A stretch of DNA of 63,535 bases, the filler included. It is 15 parts of 15 records of this genome, joined end to end, with 100 filler letters (N's around TTAATTAATTAA, not from the genome) between each part and the next. Parts side by side here need not be neighbours in the genome. Positions count along the whole stretch, not along the records: positions 12,099 to 15,764 come from SRR7504441_18098; positions 15,865 to 21,940 come from SRR7504441_18115; positions 22,041 to 27,068 come from SRR7504441_18117; 12 more parts are not named here. One strand, 5' to 3'. A program made the translations under genes and the position numbers. The notes beneath the pieces are model-generated. The model was not told the origin of the DNA and made no database searches. It saw nothing but the letters and a program-made list of their open reading frames with translations. Below, one piece after another: positions 12,325-24,682 of the stretch. How positions within the stretch are numbered: position 1 is the first letter of the stretch; each line of letters begins with the position of its first letter.

Positions 12325-15300
12325 ATGTCTGACCCGGCGGTTTCAGCGGGACAGTCTGTGTGCGCAGTAAAGGTTTACACTCGGGTTCGGCCGCCCAGTG
12401 ACATCGAACGGAGCAACGAGCAGCTCGCTGGGCCGTCTGACTTCGGCGAAAGCATCGAACTCGGTGACAATTTCGTAACTGCACTCAGTGGAACCACCTC
12501 ACCTCGTACGTACACGTTCGACGGGGTGCTACTTCCGGGAGCCAGCCAGCAGGATGTCTATCGGACTATCGCTAATGACTTCATTGAGGACGTGGTCGAC
12601 GGGTACAACGCCACTATCTTCGCCTACGGCCAAACTGGCGCTGGTAACCCTCTGCTGAAATTTGATGTCGTTGTGGCTGAAGGTGCGTGGGTGCAGGTAA
12701 GAGCTTTACGATGTTCGGGCCGCCAGACCTCGAGCGTTTCGACGACCATCGGGTGCGATGCTTGACTGCGCAGTGCGTGAGCAAGGGTGCGCAGGCTGGG
12801 CTGGTGCCTCGGGCGCTATACGACTTATTCAGTAAGCTGAATGTAGTACAGCGCCAAAGATTACTGGTGGAGCACGAGTACAAGGTCAGTGTATCGTACC
12901 TGCAAATCTACCAGGAGGCTGTGCAAGATCTGCTCAAGCCAAAAAATGTCAACCTTCGTGTGCGTGAATCGCCGACAGACGGAGTCTATGTAGAAGGGCT
13001 GATGCAAGCTGTGGTGACCACAATGGAGCAAGCGCTCGAGTGGCTGCGGATGGGCGCCAAGAATCGGAACTTTGCCCAGACAGCGTGCAACGAAACCTCC
13101 TCGCGTAGCCACACCTTATTTATAGTGACCCTGACACAGCTCACCTCTGAGGGTTCCAAGCGACAATCCAAGTTGTGCCTAGCTGATCTAGCAGGCAGTG
13201 AGAAGGTAGTAGCCATAGCCTTGCTGGCTGGTGAGTGCTGCGAACAGGTCGGCAAATCGAAAGTAGAGGGAGAACAGTTTGTGGAGGCGCTCACCATCAA
13301 CCAGTCCCTCTCGGTGCCTCATGCATTTAGATCCGGCGAGCCATTATATGATCCAGGTCCTGGGTCATTGCATCCATGCTCTCACATCACGCAAGAGGGG
13401 AGCTTCTCATGTGCCCTACAGAGAGTCAAAGCTGACATTCATCTTGAAGGATTCGCTGGGAGGCAATTCAAAGACTGCCCTGATCTGTGCAGTCTCACCG
13501 CATCCATCACAATGGACCGAGACTGTATCCACATTGCAGTTCGCAGAGCGTGCCAAGATGATGAAGAATTCGGTCTCAGTGACAACAATCATGAGCCACA
13601 CAGCACTGGTAGCCACTGTGGAAAGACTGGAGGCTGAGCTCACTCGGTGTCACGCCCGGATTGCTGATCTGGAGAAGCAACTGGGGATAGCACCACAACA
13701 TGGGCATGCAAAGACACCACCAGCCCAAGCCCATCAGGCCTCTTTGGACTCGCAGGAGACTGCAGCAGCAGAAGGGGCTGCGCAAGAAGGCGACTTTGAC
13801 GAGGGTGAGCTGGAAAGTGCGCTTGAGATGGTCCATGCGGTCGGAACGCAGAATAAGGTGTGAATGAGCCAAACGAGAACTCACTGGTGATGGGCAGATG
13901 CTAGCAAATGAAGCAAGGGCAGCAGCACAGCTGCAAATGGAGGCAGACAAGCTAGCAGCGGCAGCCATGTCGCAAAACACCCTTCTGAAAGAGAGAATTG
14001 CTGAGTTGGAGAGCCAGGTGCGGATTCATTTTTGCTGTCATAATGTAATGGCTGTGCAGATAAGTGACGAGCAGGCACAAGCAGTAGCAGAGATGGCCAG
14101 AGATCATCACTCACTACAGCTCGCTTCGTCACAGGCGCTGGATGTGGCCAATGAGAAGCTCAAGGCCCAGACTGGGGAGCTAGAGAAGGTCATCGCCAAG
14201 TCACAAAGTGAGGCAGAGCATCAGCAGGCTGCTATCAAGCAGAGTAAGCAGCAGTGTAAGGGACTGGAGGCAAAGCTACTTGAACGTGAGGCTGAGCTGG
14301 CAGAGGCAAGGCAAGAGCTAGGACTAGTGCAGCAGGAGAGAGGACGCCTCTGCGTAGAGAAGGATAAGCTGGTTGAGCAGAAGGTATCACTAAAAGAGCA
14401 GCTCAACCAACAGTTGACACAAGGAAATGCAACCTCACATGAATCTACTGGTAATAACGATTGTGTGAGCCATTGTCGTAGCTGATTTAGTGTGAGCAGA
14501 TGAAAAGGCAATGAATCAGATTGGAGAGCTGCATCGACAGTTGGAGACTCAAAAAGTCCAGTTCAATGAGGATTTGCGACAGGCCAAGAAGGAAATGTCT
14601 AACCACTCGAAGACCAAGCTGGACAAGCTTCAGGTTGACAGTTTGCCATGGTAAAGCATAATGAGTTGGCAGAGCAAGATGGACACCCTGCAAAAGGAGA
14701 AGGACAAGGTGGCTGCTAGCCTGATGGAAGTGCAACAAGGTGCTGAAGGCCTTGAGGCCCAACTACAGGCAGCTGCTTGCACTGTGAGCAGATCTGTGGT
14801 AGCAGCGACATGTACTGAGAGCGTGCACAGGCCATCCAAGAATCGCAGCAAAGTGCAAATTTACTGCAAGAAACACAGTTGGCACTAGCTGATTCTGAGG
14901 CAAGAATGCATGTGATGGAACAGGAACGGTGCTTGTGATATACGTATCCAACTAGTGAGGTTGACACATTTTTGGCAAGGTGCAACACCATGTCAGAGCT
15001 CTCTGATAAGATGGAAGAACTAAATCAGGAGAAGCAAAAGATTCGAGAATTGAATGATGATAATGCAAATCTGCGCAACGAGTTGCTCCGTATGCGAAAG
15101 GTGGCAGGCCGCGACTTGGGGTTTTAACTGGTGCTCAGGTGGTGTCCAATGTGCTTGAAGAAAAGAAGCAGATGGCTGACACGCTGCTCGAGAAGGACGC
15201 TACGTCTGAGCAGATCGAGATGCTACGTCAAGAGACCACGTAACTACATCCACGTAGAACTGGAACATAGCTGAACTTGGTGTGTGGGCTGGAATCAGGC

Positions 15301-15642
15301 GACTCCAGATGAGCTCAGAGAAAGCCCATCAAGATGCATTGCAGGCTCACAAAGCCAAGGTATGTATTTTTTATCAATAGCCGCGCCACATTGTTGATCA
15401 TTGCCCCCCAGGATGAATTGAGTGCTACATTGGAAGCCCTTGAGCAAAACTTCATTCGAAAAATCCAGGTGACATCAAAGTCAAACAATCTGTCAGCATA
15501 TTTCCCTTCTCCCCGCTCCACCGGTCGAGATGGTAAAAACAGTGCGGGGGACCTGACCAAGAGCCTGATGACAGCATCATTAACCTCAACCACTCCTCGC
15601 TCATCTCGACGCTTGAATGCAATATCTAATCAGGATGATTAG
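12325..15642 (+). CDS. Kinesin heavy chain-like motor protein (kinesin-1-like) with long coiled-coil stalk
   Basis: GYNATIFAYGQTGAGKSFTM P-loop (split by an intron), NETSSRSH, LADLAGSE, HVPYRESKLT..LKDSLGGNSKT. Confidence 0.93.
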
Positions 15643-15934
15643 CGAATCATCGGCACACAAGTTCAGGGTGCACATGATTGTATGGATCTTAAAATTACAA
15701 GTAATTAATTATTGTAGTTGATGAAGTACTAGTAGGGGAGACTTGTAAAACTCCCGCACTCCCGNNNNNNNNNNNNNNNNNNNNNNNNNNNNNNNNNNNN
15801 NNNNNNNNTTAATTAATTAANNNNNNNNNNNNNNNNNNNNNNNNNNNNNNNNNNNNNNNNNNNNCAATAAAACACTTTTCGGTTTCACCAGCTCGCAGCT
15901 GCTAGTTTCGCTTTGTGATAATTTAAACCTAAAA

Positions 15935-18900
15935 CTACTGCAGGCCAAACTGGTGCGCTGCAACATGGTGCTGCAGATAGAGTGAAGCTGCAGGCTGCTG
16001 TCCGGGCTGCGGTCCAGCTGAGAACACAGGTAACGACTGTCCTGGAAGGGTCAGTGGCCCAGCTTGGATCACTGGTAACGACTGTCCTGCAAGCTGGTTG
16101 CGCTGCACCGCCGGCCGGCCTGTAAATTGGTTTTGATGTCCTACAAGTTGGCTCTGCTGCAATATCGACTGCTGCAAGCTGTACTGCAGCTGCTTGTTGA
16201 TGTGGTGCTGCTGGCTGTTCGATTGCGCTACCGATTGCTGGTTCAGACGACCTTCCTGTTCGAAATCCTTCTGCCAGCGCTCGTACTGCACTTGCCAGTC
16301 TGCGGCCAGTTTGTCACCTTCTGACCTTTGCTTGCACTGGGGGAAGTGCTGAGTCAGCTCCAAACTGTTTGCAAACACAGCCCCGCACAGCATGCACGTA
16401 AATCCCTTTGCCACATCCCTTGAGGCAGCCCATTGCTGCTGGTCCACTGGCCTGGGCTTAATTTGCTGCATGGGCTTATCTGCATACGCCTTGTTGGACT
16501 CGAATTGCTGCATCTGCTGCCGTGTGGCCTCGCTATGCTGGCTAGGAGCTGCCTGCTGCCGCCGCCGACCAGCACAAATGAACTGAGGTGCATCAGACGT
16601 GTCGTGCACGATCACAGTGAACTGCTCGCCTTGGTTCGCATGCCTGCTGGGCGGGCCCGTTGGGCATTCACTCGACATTGGAGCCATTGCTTGTCTCCGT
16701 TGAGCAGGACCCTCCGTTTCGCTCTCTGGCTGGCGATATACTTTATATTTGCGCTTGCCCAGAGTGGGTGCCTGCTCTGTCAGCTCGTTGCACTCGAGCA
16801 CACGCTGCTCGTATTTGGCAAGCACGATCTTGCGTGCGGCCTCCTCTGGCGTCTGGGCCAGACCGATCGTCTTGCGATCTAAAGTCACCTCAAACATCTG
16901 GTTGTGCTCCCTAAAATAGACCCCAGTGACTCCACTCTTGCACGTTTCTGATGCCATCGTCCAGACTGCATCCACCGCGTCAGGATGCGGATACCGTAAC
17001 CCTTTCACAAGCTGCTTATCTGGTTTTGCGGCTGGCTCTTCCGCAGCCAGTGCCGCCGCCTCCACAGCTGCAGCTGGCTCCTTTGCGGCCGGTGTCTCCT
17101 CCACAGCCGAAGCTGGCTCCTCTGCGGCCATTGCTGGCTCCTCCATAGCTGGCTCCGCAGCCGATTGCTCTACACTCGCAGCCGGGTGCTCTAATTCTGG
17201 TGCTGACTGTTCTGGCTGGCTGGGATCCGACTCTAGCTTGAGCACCGTCTGCTTGAGCCTCGCCGCCTTGCCAGCTGGCTGCTGCGGCCGAATAGTTGCA
17301 AACCCTTCGCCAAAACCGTAAGTGGCTATCAAAGGCCCGTGCTGCCCTGGGGCCGAGGCTGGCTCCTTCTTGGCTGGAGCCTGAGCAGTTGACGGTTTAG
17401 CCTGCATCGTTGCAAATCCCTCGCCAAACCCATACTTCGCAATCAGTGGGCCGTGGTCAGGCTCAGTCTTGACTTTTTTCAGAGGTGGCTCGCCCTGGTC
17501 CTGAGTAGGCTCAGCCTGCAGGTTAAGCTGGGGGGCTGTGCAGGTTCCTCCATCGCCCACTGTTGACTCAGCTTGAGGAGCCGGGTACCGACCGTGATTC
17601 GCTGCCTGCGGCTGGGTCGCGTTGCAGTGCCTCTTATGCTGCCCGAGGCTCATCCTAGATGGGAACTCGCGCTGGCAATGCGGACAGACCACCCGTGCTG
17701 GCTCTGGCTGCTCATGAACCCGCTGATCTTCCTTGGCCAGCATCACAGCCTTGGCCAGTGCAGCCGGATCCGGCTTTGACGGCGGGTTATCAATGTGCCG
17801 CAGCATCCTGTTGGCGTTGGCAATCAGGCCCTTGCTGATCTTGAGCATTTTATTGGAAACAGTCACCATTGCTGGGTACTTTTCGGCACAGTACGCCTTG
17901 CAATTGCTGGCGATCAGCTCAGTGTCGCGTGTAAAGCTGGCCACTGAGTCGTACTTGCCGCTCTTGACCCCAAGCACCACCTTGTCTAAGTCCATTGGCA
18001 CAGTCACATACTCAAGATAGTCGGTGTACTCGTTCAAGTCCACTGGTTTACAGAACGGCTCGATCAGGTCCTGGTGCTTTCCCAGCAGCATGCCCACCAC
18101 CCCAGACAATACCGAATGTAACCGCTTGTCCGGAGCGGCACACTCCGGGCAAATCCACCAATCAAACCTCCACCAGGACACGTCAGCACACTTTAGGCAG
18201 AAACCATTTGCGCATGACGCGCAGTGGACTGGAAGCACGTCATGCTGCTGGGCTGGCTGCTCACCACAGGCATGACACTTGTGCAACGGACACACAAACT
18301 CGACCTCATCTCCCTCTACAGGCACCGCGTCCAGCCCGGCAAACCTCCAATGAAACATGCTGCTGCACAGGTCGCACCCTAGCAGCTCACCGCCATCCAG
18401 GCTCTTGAGGCACAGGTCTGCTGACCCAAACAGCGGATGCTTCACGCTGGTCACAGGCTCGGGCTCTGCCAGCGCTGCCCGCCCACCACGGGCACGCAGA
18501 CTAGAGCCAGCAGCCGTCATCATCTTCTCCTCTGGAGCCTCATACATCACTTTGAGTGTGATCCGCCTGAAAGGACTGCAAATCTTTGGCCCCGCCTTGT
18601 GGTAGCTTATGCTCAACACAAGGCACTCACAGTCTGAATGGTACGGCGCGCACAGCCCACCACCGCCCTCCTCAGCCAGGGCCTGCTTGCGCACCTGCAG
18701 CGACTCCACAGCCGCGTGGTGCCTGCCTGCGCGGTAGATTGCATAGGTATTGGGCGGCGGCAGCTCCATCCCTGAAGGCGAGATCTTGAGGAACTCTTGA
18801 GGCACCAAAGAGAGTACTGGAGCCAGCGCCTCCTCGGCCTCCTGCACTAGGAACATTATCTGCGCTAGCGTGCTTGCCTTTTGAAGCCGATAGAACCACG

Positions 18901-21900
18901 CACCTGCACCAGCCATCAGCTCTAGCGTAAGCAGGCACTTGACCTTGCTTAAGTGTCCAAGCCCAAGGCATCTGCAACCACTCGCCAGAGAACTGCAGGC
19001 AGCCCTCCAATAGCGACGGCTTAATCTCATCTTTGAAGAGCCGCTGCAGCAGACTGACCACCACAGATACCTGCATCCGGGCTGGTACCAACTGGAGCAG
19101 GCAAGCTTACCTCTACGGTCTGGCGCAGTGTCTTGTGCCACTTGGCCCTCTCGTCTGTATTGTAAAGCCAGTTGTCTTCAAGCATGGCAACCATCCGGTT
19201 CTCAAGAGACGCGATTCTAGGCTTGAGCAACGGCAGCAGGTTCTCATCAGTCAGCTGCTGCCACTGCCAGTGAGAGATCTTGGGAGGCCCGCCAGCCGCG
19301 ATGTCTGCCTTGAGGCATTTTTCGAGCAGTGGCACCAGCGCTGGTGGCACATTCTTCACTGACTCGGCCAGGTTGGAGAGCAGTGCAGCCACAGTGAATC
19401 CACCTGCGCCAGAGCTTAGCCCAGTCCCAGCCGGGTGGCACCTGTAATGGCATCTTCGACAAAAACGCGGGGGTCGCCCCCAAAGTGCCAGTATCGGTTG
19501 CCTGAGGCTGACTCCCAGCCCAGGGCAGGGAACCGCGACTTGTTGCTCAACTCCGGGGGCTCCGACTGCACCAGCCCCCAGGCCTCCTGCTGCTTCTTGA
19601 AGGCAGCCTCATCGAGCGGCTGTGCCTGCGCCGGTTCCTTCGACGTGACAGCAGGCTCATCCTTTGGGGCAGCAGCCTCCTCCGCAGCATCCTCAGACAC
19701 CTCTGGCTCTGGCTTTGGCTCCTTGGCTTTAGCTTCTGTACCGTCTTCTTCACCTTCCTCGTCCCCCTCCTCGTCCTGCTCATTCGCCTTATCCGCCCCG
19801 TCTTCTTGCTCTTCAGGCTTGTCTTCATCCTCCTGATCAAGCTCCGACGGGACAGCAAGGCTGGCTGACGGAACTTGCGGCAGTGCAGTGAGCACATCTT
19901 TGCCAGTGTCTATGAGCTTTCTAGCGGCCGTCATCAGCGACTTGCAGATCTGGACCAGTTCCGGGTATCTGCTTGTGCAGTAAGCCAAGCAGTTGGAATG
20001 AATCAGTTCCAGGTCTGCGCTGAATTCAACTATTGACTGATACTCCAGCCGCTGGTTCTTCCCAGCCATTGTCTCCAGACACATGGGCTGGCTCACTTCG
20101 TCCAGGTAGTCCGGGCACTCGCTCTGGTCCACTGGTTTATAGAACACTGCGGTCTTGTCGTGGTATTTGCCGACCAACTGTCCGAGCACCCCATTGATCA
20201 CTGCCCTCAGCTGGCCCTCTGCTGTGCGACCACATATCGGGCACACCCACCAAGACTTGTGCCCGTGCCCCTTCCTCTTGCATTTCCTGCAGAACTTGCG
20301 CGCGCACCCCACGCAGTGCACCACCGGCGCATCCTTGGCCTCCGTGCAGCCTGAGCAGCTGTGCAGAGCGCAAGCCCATTTATCCGGCACCTGGCACCGG
20401 CTCAGCCCATGTCTTCCCAGCCGGCCGACGTGTGACCTTGTCCAGCATCACGCATTGTGGGTGGAATAGTCGGTTGCACACGTCGCATCCGATCAAGTTG
20501 CCACCGTCTGAGCACACTAGGCACTCCTCGAACGCCTTGTCAAACACTGCGTGCGGCACCAAGTCGTATTCAAACTCGGCCTGCCCCAGCTCCTCCCCAG
20601 CGCACCAGCCCTGCACACCACATAGCCGTCGGCACTCTCCTGTCCAAGCTCGATCGCCCGGTGCACCGCAGACAGTGAGTTGTACCGCCCTCCCTCCGGC
20701 GAGAAGTACACCTTGTCCGGGCACTTGCCGTCGGTCCGCGACCGCAGCTCCACGCGCCATCCGGGCGGAGGAGACCTCTTGATCTTTTTGAGCGCCGCCC
20801 TGCCGCCGACTAAGTCGCCGCACCCGGCAATCAGCCACTTTGCTTGGTCGAGCACAGACTTTGACAGTCTCCACTTGGTCCCGTCTGTGATCGCAGCCGT
20901 AAGCGCCCGGCCGTCCTTGTTTTTTATGGCCGCCTCGAGCGCGGCAGAAGCCTGCTCGCGCTGCTTGGCTCGCTCCTTCTTACGGAGCGCTTCCTGCCTG
21001 TCGCGAGCTTGCCTCTCGAGCCGCCGTTTCTCCCGCCGCGCAGCCTGCGCCCAGTCAGCAGGCCAGTCGGCGAGCCAGGGACGTCCTGCTGCTCCTTACG
21101 CTGCGCCCGCATCTCCTCCTCCTCCCGCAGCCGCGCTTGGTTCTCCACCAGCCGCTCAGCCGTCACGGTCTCCACCAGGCTGCCATCCACAATCTTCCTC
21201 ACAACCGGGAGCTCACACAGCTGCCGGTCCCAATCAGGGCCGGCCGGCGGCCCGGGGGTGCCTCGGTGCAGAGCCACTGCAGCACGGTGAGCTTGTACTC
21301 TAGCAAAAGAGTCTCGTACGGGTTGCGGATCAGCGCGTGGACCGCCTGCATCAGCGGCTTGCATGAGGGCGTCACTGGGTCTTTGTGCTCCTGGAGCAGC
21401 GCGGCGAACATCTCGGATGGTGCCGTCTTGTTCTCGCTCACGAATGGGCTGGCAGCGGCCAGCGCGGCCAGGACGTCTTCGGCAAAGCTTTTGTCGTCGT
21501 AGTCGGCCTCGCCCGCCCGGTCACAGATGCTTGAGAGCTCCCGCAGAATGGGCAGCGAATACTCGGCTTGGCCGCGGCCTCGGGTGGGCATCAGGTGCGC
21601 CTGATGCACCTGACAGATCATCCGCACCCGCGACTCCAACTTGTCCTCAGCGGCCGGCAGCCGGGCGGCCCTCTGGATGGCCAACCCGATGTGATGCGCC
21701 CAGCTGATCTTGTTCAGCTCCACCGAGCGATCGAGTTGGAGCAGCTTGGCCGCTACCAGAAGCTCGAGCATCGCGATGTGCATCTTGTGCAGCAGTGCAC
21801 AAGGCTCGCGGGCCCGGACCATCCTTTCAAAATCAATCAGACTGATCGCGGAGAGGTTGAGTTGGGTCCGAAATCGCTGGATCGTGAGCCAGCAGCTCAC

Positions 21901-21940
21901 CAGCTCGGCCATCAACCCCGAGCTCGACGCCATACCGGAA
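15935..21940 (-). CDS. BAZ/ISWI-partner-like chromatin reader: DDT, WHIM, MBD-like, PHD/Zn fingers, two bromodomains, C2H2 and AP2-like domain (5' truncated)
   Basis: DDT (WLTIQRFRTQLNLSAISLIDFE..LHKMHIAML), MBD-like (PPGWRVELRSR..DKVYFSPEGGRYNSL), PHD (CLVCSDGGNLIGCDVCNRLFHPQC), bromodomains (FYKPVD..DYLDEVSQPMCL; FCKPVD..DYLEYVTVPMDL), WSD (LGWESASGNRYWHF). Confidence 0.85.
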
Positions 21941-22084
21941 NNNNNNNNNNNNNNNNNNNNNNNNNNNNNNNNNNNNNNNNNNNNTTAATTAATTAANNNN
22001 NNNNNNNNNNNNNNNNNNNNNNNNNNNNNNNNNNNNNNNNGGAGTTAGAGGCTCACCTTAGGCTCAAAATCCGCGGAGGAATTT

Positions 22085-22178
22085 CCTCTTTCTTCCCTCT
22101 CTCTTCTTTTCCCTTTTTTCTTTCTCTTCTTCCCCTTTTTTCTTTCTTTTCTTCCTTTTTTTTTCTTTTTCTTTTTTC
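22085..22178. repeat. Low-complexity T/C tract
   Basis: Almost pure pyrimidine run upstream of the sulfurtransferase. Confidence 0.7.
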
Positions 22179-22235
22179 GGAAGAACCTGCGAAGTCTCGC
22201 CAATAAATTGAGTACAGGTATGGAGGAGCCAGCTG

Positions 22236-23165
22236 ATGAGACGGCCGGTGATCAGCGTGGCTGAGCTGCGCCGGGCGGCGGCCCCGGCCATCTTCGAGGT
22301 CACCTGGCTCCCGGGATCCCGGGCGGCGGCAGCGCACGCAGCGGGTCACATCCCGACCGCCGGGCTGATGGACGTTCAGGAGCACCTCTCTGTGCCCGTG
22401 GACGAGGCCGGGCTGATGTTCACTCGTGAGAGCTGCCGGACCCGGCTGGCCGATCGTATGGGCCGACTGGGCATCGCCAGCGCGCACACGCCGATCGTTT
22501 TGTACTCTCGGAGCGTCGAGGCTGCCATGGCCATGGGCAGGCCGACGCTGCAGGCCCGCGCGGCCACGGGGTTGATGGGCGCCACTCGTGCCTGGTGGAC
22601 GTTAGAATCGTGGGGCTTTACTGCAGTCAAAGTACTCGACGGTGGCTTAGAAGCCTGGCAGGCTGAGGGCGGCCCCATCTGCACAGGAGCCGAACCACAG
22701 CCCCAAGTCGAGTTCATCCTGGACACGCTGACTGATAATGCCCACATGCGAGCCACAGCGCAGGATGTGCTCGCCGCGACTGCGGAGGCCAGCCGCACGC
22801 AGCTGATGGACACTCTCTCTGGATGGCCGAACACGGCGGCTCGGTATGGTAAGCGGTTCGGGCCGGAGCGATCAGGGCACATTGCGAAGGCGTTCAACGT
22901 GGTGTGCTCGCAGTTGGTAGGGGAGGACGGCAAGTTGGTCTCGCCTGGGCGCATGAAAGGGTATTTTGAGCAGCAGGGCACAGACCTGAATCGGCCGATC
23001 ATTGCCTACTGAGGCGGAGGGATTTGTGCCACCATCAACCTATTGTGTTTGGCGGTGCTGCAGGTCCCAAAACAGAGCGTACAGCTGTACGACGACAGCC
23101 TCAGCGGGTGGGTCTCTGATCCCTCGCTTCCTATGGTGCCACTGGCACCAACCGCAAAGATGTAG
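22236..23165 (+). CDS. Selenocysteine-containing two-domain rhodanese / 3-mercaptopyruvate sulfurtransferase-like protein (UGA at 23010-23012 read as Sec)
   Basis: GHIP, RAWWTL..G..VKVLDGGLEAW, RSGHI, then RPIIAY-TGA-GGGICAT. The frame continues to the family C-terminal signature VQLYDDSLSGWVSDPSLP and TAG at 23163-23165. SECIS downstream. Confidence 0.9.
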
Positions 23166-23190
23166 TCTGCGAATCCCTAGTACGGCAAAC

Positions 23191-23282
23191 CGTTGCCTGA
23201 TGCTCTCATGACGACCCGCCTCCTCAACTGTTCCACCACCAACAGCGGAGCCGGGTCTGATAGGGTCTGATCTGTCGCAACG
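23191..23282 (+). promoter_or_regulatory. Eukaryotic type-II SECIS element in 3' UTR
   Basis: ATGA at 23208-23211; helix II GACCCG-C-CTCC pairs with GGAG-C-CGGGTC; unpaired AA at 23226-23227; apical mini-stem CTGTT/AACAG; TGAT at 23258-23261; lower stem CGTTGC/GCAACG. Confidence 0.85.
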
Positions 23283-23466
23283 TACGACCAGTTGACGTAC
23301 CGCAGTATAGTTTCAAGAATTCAAACGAATCATGTGTCGATAAATAATTTAGTTGAGTGTATCCTAATGGTGCGCGAGCTATTAACGAGCTGCTAATCAC
23401 TACATGACTATTCAAGCTGTTAATTAATTGATCAGTGAGCTGCGAGTTAATCAATACCGTGATTGT

Positions 23467-24609
23467 TCAACACACCGGCGAGTCCGATTTCATGTCGCAA
23501 TTGATGCTGTACTGCGCGAGCCAATCGGCCCCGTCGGTGAACTGATCCAAGTACTTGACCAGCCGCTTCTTGTTGGTCCCAGGCGCCACACAGAGCTCCG
23601 CCCCGCAGCCCGCCCCACACCAATTAGCACCGCTATCGAATTCGGTGCTCACTGTGCTGTTGCACTTGCCCTTTGACGGTCCCAGGCAGCCCATGTAGTA
23701 CGGCTTGTGCGGGGTGCCCGGCAGGTTGTAGACGCCGGCTGCGTGGTAGTGATAGGCCACCGTGCCTTGCTTGTCGACCGGGCCGAACTGGCCGTGACAC
23801 TCATCGAGTGGAGTGTTTTCATAGCCAAAGATCCCGAAGCCGTCCGCCGCCACTCCGATCTTGGCCAAGGGGTCCTCCACCTGGTCAAAGCAGTCCGGGG
23901 CCTTGTGATAGTGGTACACAGGCCCAGGCCCGACTGGCGGTGTGACGTGCCCGCCGCAAGGTAGTGGGATCAGCGATGTGTCTACATTATACCCATTCGC
24001 CTCGGCTGGGCCTTTGATTTGGACGCCGTTGTTCATGGCACCGATAACCTGGTAGGCGTTGCCGTTGGTGAGCGCCGAGTTGTTGTACATGTGCAGCGGT
24101 CTGTCCTCCCGGGTCGGGTCCGGGTGAAGACTAAACATAAAGAACTGATAGGTGGGCACCAGCACGTCGCCGGCCGCAGTGGTGTTGGCGGGACAGCCCG
24201 GGGATCCGGGCACGCACGGGCAGACCCGCCCCTCGAACGGAGCACAGTCGGTTGAGTTGCCCTGGGTGGGCGACTTACAGTACCCCTGCCCGATGCCAAA
24301 CGGGCAGTACGCTGGCACGTAATAGTCTGGCACATTGTTCGACTCCATCATGAGCAGCCCGGCCGATCGGTTGGTCCACCATTGGACGCACGAGCGTGTC
24401 TCGGGCCAGCCCTGCCAGCACGAGCTGTTCCACCAGATCGAATCGGGACGGAGCTGAGCCGCCTGAGTGTGCCGGCCTCCTGCCTTGATCATCCGCGTGC
24501 AGCGGCCCCGGATGCAGTGCTCCCCGGTCTGGCATTGGCCGTTCCCCGCACAGCTCGCGGCCGTGCCGCTCAGCCCGCACAGCAGCAGCGCACAGAGGGC
24601 AGCACGCAT
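23467..24609 (-). CDS. Secreted YHYH-domain protein
   Basis: Signal peptide; IGAMNNGV, CGGH...YHYH, IGVAADGFGIFG, LDECHG...YHYH. Confidence 0.8.
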   Translation of the reverse strand: MRAALCALLLCGLSGTAASCAGNGQCQTGEHCIRGRCTRMIKAGGRHTQAAQLRPDSIWWNSSCWQGWPETRSCVQWWTNRSAGLLMMESNNVPDYYVPAYCPFGIGQGYCKSPTQGNSTDCAPFEGRVCPCVPGSPGCPANTTAAGDVLVPTYQFFMFSLHPDPTREDRPLHMYNNSALTNGNAYQVIGAMNNGVQIKGPAEANGYNVDTSLIPLPCGGHVTPPVGPGPVYHYHKAPDCFDQVEDPLAKIGVAADGFGIFGYENTPLDECHGQFGPVDKQGTVAYHYHAAGVYNLPGTPHKPYYMGCLGPSKGKCNSTVSTEFDSGANWCGAGCGAELCVAPGTNKKRLVKYLDQFTDGADWLAQYSINCDMKSDSPVC

Positions 24610-24682
24610 GGTGAGTGAGTGTGTGCAGCAGCCCGATTAGATAGGCGCGGCAGTAGTGTAAGTTAAATCCCAGTTAAACCTG

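Noticed and set aside
22053-22487. K/E/R-rich minus-strand ORFs
   Set aside because: Translation of a low-complexity T/C tract, antisense to the sulfurtransferase.
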